A DNA stretch of 64,000 bases from Felis catus (lineage: Eukaryota). Below are positions 1-12,275 of the stretch, piece by piece (positions within the stretch are counted from its first letter, which is position 1; every line of letters begins with the position of its first letter). Location: positions 125,302,001-125,366,000 of the forward strand of contig NC_058370.1 of NCBI RefSeq assembly GCF_018350175.1, given 5' to 3'. The notes under the pieces were generated by a model that was not told where the DNA came from, did no database searches, and was given only the letters and a program-made list of their open reading frames with translations. Position numbers and translations under genes: made by a program.

Positions 1-278
1 GCCATTAATGAATGATATTTCTATGAGTGCTAGCGTAAAAGTTTTTGTTTGAATTTGTGTTTTCAATACTCTTAGGTTTACCTAGGAGTAGAATTTCTAG
101 GTCATATGGTAATTTTATTTTTAACTTTTTAAGAAACCACCAAACTTTTCCAGAGGGCTGCTGCATTTTAGATTCTCACCAGCAATGTATGAAGGTTCCA
201 ATTTCTCCAATTTCTCCAACACTTGCTACTTTCTGGTCTTTACTTTTTTTTTTTTTTTTTTTTAAATTAGAGCCATTT

Positions 279-541
279 NNNNNNNNNNNNNNNNNNNNNN
301 NNNNNNNNNNNNNNNNNNNNNNNNNNNNNNNNNNNNNNNNNNNNNNNNNNNNNNNNNNNNNNNNNNNNNNNNNNNNNNNNNNNNNNNNNNNNNNNNNNNN
401 NNNNNNNNNNNNNNNNNNNNNNNNNNNNNNNNNNNNNNNNNNNNNNNNNNNNNNNNNNNNNNNNNNNNNNNNNNNNNNNNNNNNNNNNNNNNNNNNNNNN
501 NNNNNNNNNNNNNNNNNNNNNNNNNNNNNNNNNNNNNNNNN
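279..541. other. Assembly gap (N run)
   Basis: Ns in sequence. Confidence 1.
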
Positions 542-1144
542 TTACTTTCCTGATAGTGTTTTTTGCATGAAAACTTGAATTTTTGATGAATCTCAATTTA
601 TTTTTTCTTTTGTTCCTTACGATTTTGGTGTCATATTTAAGAAACTGTAGTCTACTCCAAGGTCATGAAGATTTACCCCTATATTTTCTTCTAAGAGGTT
701 AATAGCTTTAGCTCTTATATATAGACCTGCCATCCACATTGAGTAAATTTTTGTCTATGGTGTGAGATAGTGGTCCAAATTGATTCTTTTTCATGTGTAC
801 GTTCAGGTGTCCTAGCAGCATTTGTTAAAAAAGATTATGCTTTCCCCACTAAATGTTTTTTTTCTTTACCCTTGTCAAAAATCAATTAACCATACATGTA
901 TGAGTTTAGTCTTGGACTTTCAATTTTATTCTATTGATCTATGAGTCTTCCTTTATACCAATACCATATCATTTAATTACTATAGATTCATAGTAGGTAG
1001 TTTTGAAATTAGAAAATATGAGTCCTCCAGTTTTGTTCTTCTTTTTCTAGATCATTTTGGCTAATCAGGGCCTCTTGCAATTTCATATGAGTTTTAGGAT
1101 CAGCTTGTTCATTTCTGCATAAAAGGCCATTGGAATTTCTTTTT

Positions 1145-1356
1145 GTTTTTTTTAATGTTTATTTATTTTTGAGAGAGAGAGTGAGAGAGAAAACAAAGTG
1201 TGAGCGGGGGAAGGGCAGAGAGAGAGGGAGACACAGAATCCGAAGCAGGCTCTAGGCTCTGAGCTGTCAGCAAAGAGCCCAACGTGGGGCTCGAACCCAC
1301 AAACCACGAGACCATGACCTGAGCTGAAATTGGACGCTTAACCGACTGAGCGTCCC
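1145..1356 (-). mobile_element. Can-SINE (SINEC_Fc-like), inserted at the tail of the adjacent SINE
   Basis: SINE body; TSD TGGAATTTCTTTTT at 1131-1144 and 1357-1370. Confidence 0.92.
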
Positions 1357-1370
1357 TGGAATTTCTTTTT

Positions 1371-1581
1371 AAATGTTTTAATGTTTATTTATTTTGGGGA
1401 GAGAGAGAAAGAGCACGAGCAGGGAAAGGGCAGATAGAGACGGAGACACAGAATCCAAAGCAGACTCCAGGCTCTGAGCTGTCAGCACAGAGCCTGACAT
1501 GAGCCTGTGAACCCACAAGCCATGAGATCATGACCTGAGCTGAAGTCAAACGCTTAACTGACTGAGCCACCCAGGAACCCC
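1371..1581 (-). mobile_element. Can-SINE (SINEC_Fc-like)
   Basis: Full body; TSD AAGG(C/T)CATTGGAATTT at 1123-1138 and 1582-1597. Confidence 0.95.
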
Positions 1582-3264
1582 AAGGTCATTGGAATTTTGA
1601 TAGAGATTGCATTGAATTTTTAGATTGGGGAATATTGCCATCTTAACAGTATCAAAACTTTTAATCCACGAACATAGGATGTCTTTCCATTTATTTTGGT
1701 ATTTTAAAATTTCTTTCAACAGTGTTTTGTTTTGTTTTTCTTTTCAAATGTCTTGCACCTCCTTGGTTAAATTTATTTGTAAGCATTTTATTCTTTTGGA
1801 TACTATTATAAATGAATTTTTTAAATTTCTGTTTTGGATTGTTTGTTGCTGCTATATAGAAATAGAACTGATATTTGTATGTTGACCTTGTATTCTTTGA
1901 TTTTGCTAAAATTGTTTATTAGCTCTAATATAATAGCTTTCTCTCCCTCTACGGGTTCTTTAGGAATTCAGAGGGGTTGTTTCTTGGGATGGAATCCCTA
2001 ATGAGCCAAGTGGGAAATGCTGTTCACACTTTTCTTCCCCAGGGCGGGACCCAGGAAGGTGTTTGCTGGAGAAAAGAACAAAAGATATCACAGGGATTTA
2101 GGCTTGAGCTAAATTGGGATCTAAACACCTGTGAAACAGGGTGACCCTGAGGGAAGCTCTCTGCTTTGGATATCAACTTGCACTCACCTTCCCCTAAGAG
2201 ATGATTCAAATCCAGCAATGACAGGCACTATTAGGAATTCCTTGCAGCCTTGAAAGAGTCCAGCTGTGTTGAAATTGCTCTGGAATTAAGATTCTTGATA
2301 AGGTGGTCATGTGGCTAAGAACAAAGATTGTTAATTTCGCATGTGAACTTGGGAGAAACTGCTAGACTTTTGTACTGAATCTCAAGCTTCTAAGGTAAAT
2401 TTTCTATGACGTTTGTCCAAGTCTCTGTCTTCTATTTCCACCATTTAAAAGTGCGTATAAGAAAAATGACAGACTATTACAGCAAAACAGGCCCAAACAA
2501 AGCTTGTGTACATGCACACACATACCCATACCTACCCCACTGGACAAGGAGGCAGAAGCCCAGAGTAGAAAGCAAGTAATAAGGGTGCATGTTCCCCCAG
2601 TGAGCAATGTGCAGGTGCATACCCCCAGGGGAAGAGCTGCCCCATCTGAAGAGAGGGGGCACTGACCTGCCTCCCCCCACTTTTTCGGGCATGAGGGGAA
2701 GAATGAATGAGAATACTGATATCTATTTTGGAAGTAGAGGTGTTGTGAAATAAGGTGTTTGATAATCAGCCATGTGAAAAGAATCATGTCCAAGAACATT
2801 TTCCATAGGCCTTAGTTGTCCTCCAGGCAGGAAAGTAAAATAACAGCAGTAACAGTAATAAAATAGATCTAATGGCCCAAGTCCCAATGCCAAGTTCATG
2901 CTGCGCTGTTTTGTGCAATTCTGCTGTCTGTCAGCAGGTTGCTGAGATTCTAGCTTTCGCAAATAGCGTTGGTTCACCTTCCCCTCTTATGTAGCTTTTG
3001 CTGACTATCCCCATGCATTCTTCCTTTCCCTTCCCTGTACTCAGCACTGATGCTTGAATGTGGGCACCCGGGTCCTGCTGCTTGCTGCTGGCTTCTTGTG
3101 TACACAGTGTCCCCCAGCAATTCTCAGTAACTAGTGAGTGTCCTGTGTCTTATCCACCCTGGTCAGCCTCAGCTTCCAGCATAAGGCCGAGAGCAAATAT
3201 TTTTTGATCAATTGCTTGATAAGTAAAAATACTTATATGAAAAAAATACACGATCCCCAGTGAA

Positions 3265-3400
3265 TGTCTCTGAGCCTCAGTTTCCTCAATTGCAGTATCA
3301 GTATGGTAATAAAATTTGCCCATATAACCTCTCAGGGTTTTGACAGACTCCAGTGATACAATGCATATAATTGTGATATATAAATTCTAAAATGCTTCAC
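3265..3400 (+). mobile_element. MIR fragment
   Basis: Core TCTCTGAGCCTCAGTTTCCTC. Confidence 0.75.
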
Positions 3401-3407
3401 CATTTTA

Positions 3408-3613
3408 TTTTATTTTAAAATATTTTTATTTATTTTTGAGACAGAGCCTGAGCAGGGGAGGGACAGAGAGAGAGGGAGACACAGAATCTGAAGCAGGCTC
3501 CGGGCTCTGAGCTGTTAGCACAGAGCCTGACACAGGGCTCGAACTCATGGACTGTGAGCTCATGACCTGAGCTGAAGTCGGATGCTTAACTGACTGAGCC
3601 ACCCAGGCGCCCC
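3408..3613 (-). mobile_element. Can-SINE (SINEC_Fc-like)
   Basis: Full body; perfect TSD TAAAATGCTTCACCATTTTA at 3388-3407 and 3614-3633. Confidence 0.96.
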
Positions 3614-4557
3614 TAAAATGCTTCACCATTTTAGTTAATAATTTCACAAAGACGGAGCAAAGCTCTCCATGTCGTCTGTGGAACAGGGGTTTGGCATTAA
3701 CCATTATTGCTGTATAATTTCAGATAAGCAGACCCACTTAGATCAGAGTTGGAACTCTGGAATTTTGAGAAATGAATGATCTAATTTCATTTTTGTTTTT
3801 GTAAAATTGTCAGAGAAATTGTTTTGTGGTGTTCTTTTTTTTTTTCATTCTTTCTTTCTCTTAACATCTGGTTTTCCTGATGTGATCAGAACTAGACATA
3901 CCAAAAGAGTGTAAAAAATATTTTTGGGATATATTTGCAGACACTAGTCATTTGGATCCTTTCATGTATTTTATGGGTTCTTATCTCAGCCCAGCCAAGA
4001 CACTCCAGTCTTTAAATATTCCTCATGTACAAGATGATGTTGTTATCAGGTGAACCTATTTTATATTCCACTTAATGAAGAAGTTTGTTCAGACGGTACC
4101 AGTCCAAACTCCTTTACAGTAGAAAAATGGTGGCCAAAGTGGTTCAGGTAACTTCCTATCATGGTGTAGCAGGGAGAACCCATGTAGGAGATGGCTCCTC
4201 ACGTGTGCTGCCCAGTGAGAGGTCATGAGTCCTGCCCTTATTGGTGCCACGAGAGCTTGTGCCCTCTCACGCCTGACTTCTGAACCACATGACCAGATCT
4301 CTACCTCACTTTTGTTTTGCAAGCTTGGACACTCCCAGGCTCAAGTGGGATCGTTGTTGAGGCAGGTGTGAGGCTGGCCCTAAGAGGAGTATTTCTGGGT
4401 TCCCCTTTTTTCCCTCCAGGCTAAGGCCTCCCCAAGCTTAGGCATGAACAGCCAAGTCAGCTAGGGCTCTGTCTTAGTCTGGGCTTCACCACATTGGACC
4501 CAGCTGGACTTTTAAGAAGGAAGGTGGGTTATTACACTGAGACTTTGAGTGTCAGTT

Positions 4558-5610
4558 CTCATTCACTCATTAACACAGTAGAAAATTTTGGTTGAATGCC
4601 TATGGCTCAGGCAGCAGCAGGGTCTTGGGCACACAGTGCTGACAAGACCAGCAATGGTTCATGCAATTATAGTCTATAAGGAGAGACAGACTTGACTCAA
4701 AAGGACACATATTCAAATATAAAACCACTACTGTGATAAGGTCTAGGAAAGAAAGGTACCAAGAGCTATAATGGCATAAGAATGTGTGATCCAATCCAGT
4801 TTGAGTGTCAGAAAGTCTTCCCTAAGGAAATGACATTTCAGGTGAGATCAGAAGAATGACAGTGGGTCAGCTCAGAAGAGACCCAAGAAAAAGTAGATAC
4901 TCCAGCAAAAACTGATATAGGAGGAAGCAAGGTATACTGGAGAGTTAAAAGAAATTGTGTGGTGTGACATTAGAATAAGTAGTGATACCTGCTGATGTTG
5001 ATGTTGGGAGGGTAGGCAGGGACCAGGCCATTAGAGGCTTTGTGACCAAGATAAGAATTCTGATCTTTAGCCTCAGAAAAATGGGAAAACATAAAAGAAT
5101 TAGAAAAGCTTGTTATGAGGGACTGTTAGAAGAAGGAAGTGAATGTTGGACATCTGTTAAGAGGCTAGAACAGTAGTCAAGATGAAACAAGATGGCAGCT
5201 ATGAAAAATGAAGGTGATGATAGAAAAAAGTGAAGATGAATGGGAAGAATGGAGAACTTGGTAAAGACTGATACAACTTGGCCCTAGATTAGACACTTAT
5301 GTGATGGCTACAACAGTGACTCCTAGATTTTGGATGGTACAGCTGAATAGGTGAGGGTGCTATTTCCTGAGGTAAGGAAACCTGGAAGAGCACCAGGCAT
5401 GAGGAAAGATCACAAGCTCATTTTTCACATGTTGATATTGAGGTGTTCTCTTGCCATCTCTGTGTAGATGTGGAGTAGGTGCATGGATACACGAGACTGC
5501 AGCTCAGAAGAGAGGTCATGGCTGATCACAAAAACTTGCTAGTCATTGCTACCACATAGGTGGTAACTGAAGACATGGACGTGAGTGAAATTCAGTGAAG
5601 TGAAGGGAGA
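4558..5610 (-). mobile_element. L2 LINE 3' portion
   Basis: Starts with the CATTCACTCATT L2 tail, followed by purine-rich L2 antisense sequence. Confidence 0.8.
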
Positions 5611-5748
5611 TAGATATTCCTGCTGATAGTCTCACTTGACATCTGCTACCAGGCTCTCGGTTCTCAGTCACATAGAGGGCTGCCCCCTCAGGCCATTGAG
5701 GATGTTTTTCATTCAGTCTTGGCAGCCTTCTTTTTTAATTAAACAGGA

Positions 5749-5797
5749 GTGTGTGTGCGTGTGTGTGCGTGCGCGTGCACGTGTGTGTGCGTGTGTA
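5749..5797. repeat. (TG/CG)n alternating purine-pyrimidine microsatellite
   Basis: 49 bp of uninterrupted RY alternation. Confidence 0.95.
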
Positions 5798-6370
5798 AGT
5801 GTAGGTGTATGTGTGTTTGTTCTGTAGATCCAAGGTTGGAAAGTTACCATGGGCTGAGCTTGGATTTCATTTTCTAATGCTCTAGTCTGCCAAAGTTTTC
5901 AAAATGGAGGGAATAGAGTGGTTTTTCCTGGGGCATAACTTGTTTCCTTTACTCTTGGCTTTTTATAAACCTCACACCTTCTTTCTCCAAGGTTCCCTAC
6001 TGCTTAAGACTTTAAATAGTCTGATTTTGTTTCTAATTTTCTCATAAATTCACCACCCACAGTCAACTGGATAGCTGTACTTTTTCTTCTTCCAGCAAGG
6101 TTTACTAGGAGTTGAACACCTATTCTTTATTTTCCCACCTGCCTTGGCATATGATTCCGATTCCTAAAATGAGTCTACTGGTTACAGCACTACGTGGTGC
6201 TGGCACTCTGTCCCCACAGGTGCCCAAACATTCTGTTCCTTTGAGAGGGTGCTATCAGAAGCCTCGATCTTTCCAGTGGAATTGTATGGCTGGATTTTCA
6301 CTGACTTTTACTTCCTTGGGGAACACACTTGAAAATCTCAGGTGGCCTTTCTGACTTTTCTACACATCTT

Positions 6371-6583
6371 TTTTTTTTTTAATGTTTATTTATTTTTGAG
6401 ACAGAGAGACAGAGCATGAACAGGGGAGGGGCAGAGAGAGACAGGGAGACACAGAACCCGAAGCAGGCTCCAGGCTCTGAGCTGTCAGCACAAAGCCTGA
6501 CGTGGGCCTCGAACCCACAGACCGCGAGATCATGACCTGAGCCAAAGTCAGACGCTCAACTGACTGAGCCACCCAGGTGCCCC
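6371..6583 (-). mobile_element. Can-SINE (SINEC_Fc-like)
   Basis: Full body; TSD TGACTTTTCTACACATCTT at 6352-6370 and 6584-6602. Confidence 0.96.
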
Positions 6584-7486
6584 TGACTTTTCTACACATC
6601 TTAAGGAAAAGGTAGAGTTTTGAAGGGGTCGGAATGTGGATTTAGGAAAGTGTGGTTTTCTGCTTGTGGCTGATAGTTAGGCTTATCCAAGGCAAGGCTT
6701 TAGGGTCTATTTTTATTGCCTATCGTTTTTTCATTCTAGTATGCAAAAACAGATATTTCACTTTAAATTTAATTACCAACTAATCTAGTGTGAGTGCCTA
6801 TTATAATTTCCTGGGCTCATTCTCTGGGCATACCCAAATAAGGAAGAAAATCCAAGGCCTTGAGGTGTGTATTTGGAGGAGATGGAGAGAGAATGATCAA
6901 TTCTAAGTTGCCATGATGGCATGGGTAAGGGAGCAGCTAACATGAAGAGAATATTCCACTGGTGATTTTTAAAACTATGTGTTTAAAGGAACCAGTCCTG
7001 GGTAGCCTGCACAAAACAGACATGTTAGTATTTCACATCACAGGATAAGATGGAAGTCTCCACAGACAAATTATGAAAACAGAATATAGAGCCTGAAAGT
7101 AGAATGTGGACCTAAATGCTCAGAAGCTCCCCTATTAGATTTGTAGCAAAAATTAATATTAATGGAATAAATAATTCTAGTGGAATAGTAGATGCACAGA
7201 ATCTACCAGTATTAGCAAAATGGAAACATTTGTATAGTATTAAAATTACATTTCAAGGGCTAAGATGTCTAATGATCAATGTCTATGGAAAACATGAGGC
7301 ATCCATAACCCCAGAAAGACAAACATACAGCAGTTAATTTTAGTGGATCTCAAACTTGTCTGAAATTAATAGCCTTCTATTCATGTTAATGCCTTGTTTA
7401 AATATCACAATGAAATATATCCATGCATGAAGTAAAAGAATTCTAGCTGGTGAACATGACCTGGGTATTTGTAAGAATATATTTTA

Positions 7487-7710
7487 GGGGCACCTGGGTG
7501 GCTCAGTTGGTTAACCATCTGACTCTTGATTTTGGCTCAGGTCATGATCTCACAGTTCATGAGTTAGAGCCCTGCATCAGGCTCTGTGATGACAGTGCAG
7601 GGCCTACTTGGGATTCTCTCTCTGTTTTTCTCTCTGCCCCTCCCCTGCTCAGTCTCTCTCTCTGTCCCTCTCTCTCTCTTTCTCTCTCAAATAATAAAAA
7701 GCTTTAAAAA
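7487..7710 (+). mobile_element. Can-SINE (older variant)
   Basis: GGGGCACCTGGGTGGCTCAG head, CT linker, A tail; flanked by AAGAATATAT. Confidence 0.93.
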
Positions 7711-7804
7711 AAGAATATATATATATTATGCATATATGTATATATTATATACACCCATTATGTTTTCAGATAACAGGAGGAAAACGCACTACTTTTTCCT
7801 TCTT

Positions 7805-8153
7805 TTTTAAAAAAAATTTTAATGTTTATTTTTGAGAGACAGAGCATGAGCAGGTGAGAGGCAGAGAGAGAGGGGGACACAGAATCAAAGCAGGCTCCAG
7901 GCTCTGAGCTGTCAGCACAGAGCCCAAGGTGGGGCTTGAACTCATAGACCACAAGATCATGACCTGAGCCAACATCAGATGCTTGACCAACTGAGCCACC
8001 CAGGCACCCAAGAGGGAGAGAATCCTAAGCAAGCTCCACACCCAGCACAGAGCCCCATGTGGGGCTTGATCTCATGGCCATGAGCAGAAATCATGAGATC
8101 TGAGCAGAAATCCAGAGTCAGATGCTTAACCAACTGAGCCACCCAGGTGCCCC
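7805..8153 (-). mobile_element. Two fused Can-SINEs (7805-8009 complete; 8010-8153 head half of an older copy)
   Basis: Two successive CTGAGCCACCCAGG(C/T) heads, ending at about 8009 and 8153. Confidence 0.9.
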
Positions 8154-8819
8154 ATGTTTTCCCTCTTCTTAAGGCGCTGTCATTTAGGCATAAACCTGGA
8201 GTACCTGAAATGCAATTCAGGTTTACGTAATGAAAGCGTGGCAAGAAATGTAGATGGCTGTGGAGGCACATGTCTTTGAAAAGTAACAATCTCAAGAAGG
8301 AAAAGCAGAAATGACATGCTCTATCCATCTTGCTTAGTGGAAGAGCTACAGTTCAAATTGTTCAAAGTAGCAGGTACAATATATGTTGTCAGAGATTGTG
8401 TTAATTATTTGAACAGTGTGGATGCTGACTACTAATAGTATCCAAAGTGTATTCAGGATTGTTTTGATACCTGCATTTATAATAAAGAAATGTCAGGGGT
8501 GGGGAAGGATTGATAAATTTGTTCAAAAGCTGTTCCTGTGTAACAGACACATGTAACAGACATGGAATATATTTGTTTACAGTCTTTGTTTAACAAAGCA
8601 GGCGTTCAAGTTTAAGTAAAATCAGCAAAAAGGACGTAGATGTATGGATATGTGATTTGAGATTAAAGTTAGTCTTAAATGTGAATAAAATGTGTATTGT
8701 GGAAAAGAAGTGGAATATTTCTAGTTCTGAAGGGACATGGAGAAGGGAGGTCACAAATAGAAATTCTGTGTTATTCCAGAGGACATATGGGGCTAGAGCT
8801 TATGGGGAGGTAAACTTGG

Positions 8820-8990
8820 CACTCTAGAAGGGAGAAACTTTCTGAGAACTCCAGATATCCAATATGGAAATGAGCTGCTTTGAGATCGTGAACTCACAAT
8901 GACAGCAGTGTTTAAGCAGATACTGGATTACTGCCTGTCAAGGATGTCATAGGAGGAACTGATTTGTGTAAAAGTCTGGGCTAGATCAGT
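8820..8990 (+). mobile_element. L3/CR1 3' fragment
   Basis: GTGTTTAAGCAGATACTGGATTACTGCCTGTCAAGGATG resembles the CR1/L3 3' consensus. Confidence 0.65.
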
Positions 8991-10299
8991 GACTTTCAAT
9001 TTATTTTTGAGGAGTGGAACTTTTTTCCAAATCATCTCTTACATGAAAGCACAAAATTTTTAAAATATGTATAACAGATTAAAGAAGGCTGCTTTAGGGA
9101 GACCCACCCTGTGGGTCTCAACTCTCACATGACTGCCCCTTGGCACCTCCTCGGAATTCTGAGGGCTCGAACAACCCCCCTCTTTGCTACATAATACCTA
9201 AGGATTTATGATTCCTTTTGCATCCAGGATTCCATGATGATTCTGTATGGGAACTGTTCTTATTTGAAACGGTTCATTAGCTATGTTTCTTTTCTTTTTG
9301 CTTTAGTTCCTAAAACATATGGAATTTCACAAATTTAAGTTCAGAAATGTTTAACCGGGGGTTTAGTTGAGACCTCTCTAAATACACATTTTGACCAGTC
9401 AGGATACAGAAATGGTGATTTTATTTCCAAAGGAAGAGGTTTTGGATCTAGCAATATGTGTTTAGATTCCAACTACTTGAAATCAGATTATATGACAGTG
9501 AGGAAGTACAGTATTAGGTAACCAGCTCCAATAACTTTGATCAGCTTGTATTTAGTGTGTTATGGAATTATGTGTTTCTTTCAACTCTGTCTGGCCATAG
9601 AGGATCTTTTGAAGCTCATGTGTAGGCAGTTAATCTTGACTGGGTTCATTGATTTATAACCGGGAGAAAAATGCTCTTGTGAATCCAAATAACTTAAACT
9701 TGAAAAAGTTTCAGTCAAGTGATTTTGTCCATAAGCCACTAATAAAATTAAAGGGATGTCAGAGAACAGATATCTTGCAGGGGTCATTGCTTTGCAGGTG
9801 CAAAAACCTGAGTTTAACCAATTAATCAGCCTGGGAGACTCAACCTGCTATCTAACCTAAAAAAGATGGCTGTATCAAGCAAATAAATGATTTACTAATG
9901 AGAACGAAGAGAAAAATGGCATGTCTGATTTGAAAAATGAGACTCATTTTTTGTTCAGTTACTAGTGTGTATGTATTCTTAGCAGGCCAAAGAACAGTCA
10001 ACTTGCAGAAGAGAGAACATCTATCATTGCCACCTTAGTATGGTAGTGAGAAGCTGAAAGCATTCTGATTGTGCATTACTTGGAGAATGTATGGATAAAA
10101 TGTGGTGGGTGTGTTCACATTGGAATATTATGAATAATCTGTTAGAAGCAATATACTACCTGTAACATAGCAGTGTGGATGCATTGTAGAGACACGGAGT
10201 TAACACCTGGTTGCCCATGGGGGGAAATCCAAGGAGCTGTATAAAGACAAATAAAAAGAATAAAGAGGAATAAGAGAGAATAAAGACAACAATCAAACA

Positions 10300-11260
10300 A
10301 TTCATGGTCGCACAGTCTAAAACTAGTGGTATGTAGGAGAAATGTCCAAAAGAAAATTTTGAAATGAGGAAGAAGTTGATGGAATCTGTGAGGGTGGGAG
10401 AAGACTTCCCAGATGAGGAAATACTCATGCCAGCTCTTTAGGCACAAAGCAATATGGAGAATTTGGAGAATGTAAATAATTCAGCATAACTGTAGCATAC
10501 ACCATGAATTGGGAAGTAGCGGGAGGTGAGGTGCATGCTACAAGTGGGGTATAGACAGTCTGGTATGCCATGCAAGCCACTTGTATTTTATCCCAGAAGC
10601 AATGGAGCTGATGGGACTTTTAAGCAGAGGAAACACAAGAATGCATTGTACAATATATGGACCATTCCCCAGGCAGGGGAGAGGTTGGATTTGAAGAGAA
10701 CTGAGAGTGGGAAATCTGGGGATATTTGAAACAATCTATGTAAGAGAAGTCAAGTATCTGAATTAAGGAAGAAACAGTGGGGATGGATGCTGGGAAAGAT
10801 TTGGCAAGTATTAGAGGATAAATAGATACTATGTTGTGACTGATTAGATATTGGGAGGTGAGAAAAAAAAATTTAGGACAGCCCTCAGGCTTCTGGCTTG
10901 GATGACTGGGTGAAAAGTCTTGTTTTTAAACAATCAAATTTAGGAGAAGGTTGAGTAGACATTTTGAGTTTTTGGAGCCAATACCTGATAGGCAATGAGA
11001 TCTGTTATCTGGACAGTGGTCTGAACTGGGAATACAACTCTGGGAATTGTGGCAGAGGAAGAAGTGCTTGGGGGAATATGTAGAAGGAAGAGAGAAAAGG
11101 ACCAAGCACTCTGGAGAATACAAGGGAATTCTAGGGAAGGAAGAGGTAAAGGAAGGTATTTAGGGTATAACAGAAGAATGAGAGCAAGAGAAGAAGAAAT
11201 CTGCAAAACATAAGGAAAGCAGGAGAAGCTCCTGAACTGGAAGCCTAAGGACCTGAGGCA
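10300..11260 (-). mobile_element. L2 LINE fragment
   Basis: L2 antisense motifs (CTCAGGCTTCTGGCTTGGATGACTGGGTG, GAGTAGACATTTTGAGTTT). Confidence 0.75.
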
Positions 11261-11299
11261 CTTGATGAATGAGGATGAAGGGCCTCCTTCCATCCCATG

Positions 11300-11980
11300 C
11301 ATCTATCCATTAGCCAGCCCTGATGATGACACCCCTGAGCTCAGATCCCCACTGTTCTCCACTGTTGTCACTGCCCCCCAGGCCCGTGCTGCCATCAGCT
11401 CTACTGTTATGGCCTCTTCAGTATTCTCTTGCCTCCATTCTAATCATAAATTTTAGCCAGAGTCCTTGATTTAAAACATTTAATTTCAGGGTGCCTCATT
11501 GGCTCAGCTGGTTGAACATCCAACTCTTGATTTTGGCTCAGGTTGCAACCCCAGGGTTGTGGGATCTAGTCCTGAGTTGGGCTCTGAGGCACTGATGGTG
11601 GAGCCTGCTTGAGAGTCCCTCTCTCTCCTTCTGCTTCTCTTCCCACCTTGTGCTCTCTCTCTAAGATAAAAAATATATATACATATATTTTTCATGTCAC
11701 TTCTCTGCTTATGAACCTTCAATCACTTCCTCCTATAAATAGAAAAGAAATCCTAACTTAATCATGGCCTACAGAAACCTGCTGGTGTCTCCATACCACC
11801 TCATGCTACTTCTTCCTTTGGCTTCCAATGGCCTCCATTCTGCTGCTAAGAAACAACAAATTTTTTCCTTCCTCCTTTCTTTAACCAAATGTCAATGTCA
11901 TGGTCCATTCTTAGCTTTCATAACTCAACTCAAGCGCCACATGCCCAGAGTAACCTCTCCTGGCCGCTCTACCCCCTGTT
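11300..11980 (+). mobile_element. L2 LINE fragment split by a SINE
   Basis: Pyrimidine-rich L2 sense sequence (CATGTCACTTCTCTGCTTATGAACCTTCAA) continues on both sides of the SINE. Confidence 0.65.
11488..11675 (+). mobile_element. Can-SINE (older, SINEC_c/b-like)
   Basis: Diverged head, GGCTCAGGTTGCAACCCCAGGGTTGTGGGATC, CT linker, A tail. Confidence 0.85.
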
Positions 11981-12129
11981 GCTCTGTAGTGTCAGAAGGG
12001 AAGTGTTCTGTGCTCATGGTGAGCAGTGAAGGAGACCCAGAGGTCAAACACTCATAGGAAGAGGAAAGAACTGGGTTTTTCCCTGTATGGGAGAACTGGA
12101 GGTTTTACCTACCCAGACACACTCCTCAA

Positions 12130-12275
12130 GACGACTTATAGAATATATTCTTCATCACCAAAAGGTCCCTTATATCCCTTTCCAACCAGTCCCCTCCTCA
12201 ATACCTGCCAGCAGAAGCCACCACTTTTTAATTTTTGTTAGCAGCATGTTGTGCTTTTCCAAACCTCATCAGATG
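12130..12275 (-). mobile_element. L1ME/L1MC-type 3' fragment
   Basis: TAGAATATATTCTTCATCACCAAAAGGTCCCTT... resembles the old L1 3'UTR. Confidence 0.55.

Larger units (their letters stand above)
1..1940 (-). mobile_element. Old L1 (L1M-type) ORF2 3' region, decayed, interrupted by an N-gap and two SINEs
   Basis: Typical antisense L1 ORF2 sequence (GGTCATATGGTAATT..., CACCAGCAATGTATGAAGGTTCCAATTTCTCC, GATAGAGATTGCATTGAAT); no open frame. Confidence 0.85.

Noticed and set aside
45-596. 177-aa and 109-aa ORFs
   Set aside because: Their length comes from N-gap read-through in decayed L1 sequence.
7487-7560. tRNA-like A/B boxes (GTGGCTCAGTTGG)
   Set aside because: tRNA-derived SINE heads, not tRNA genes.
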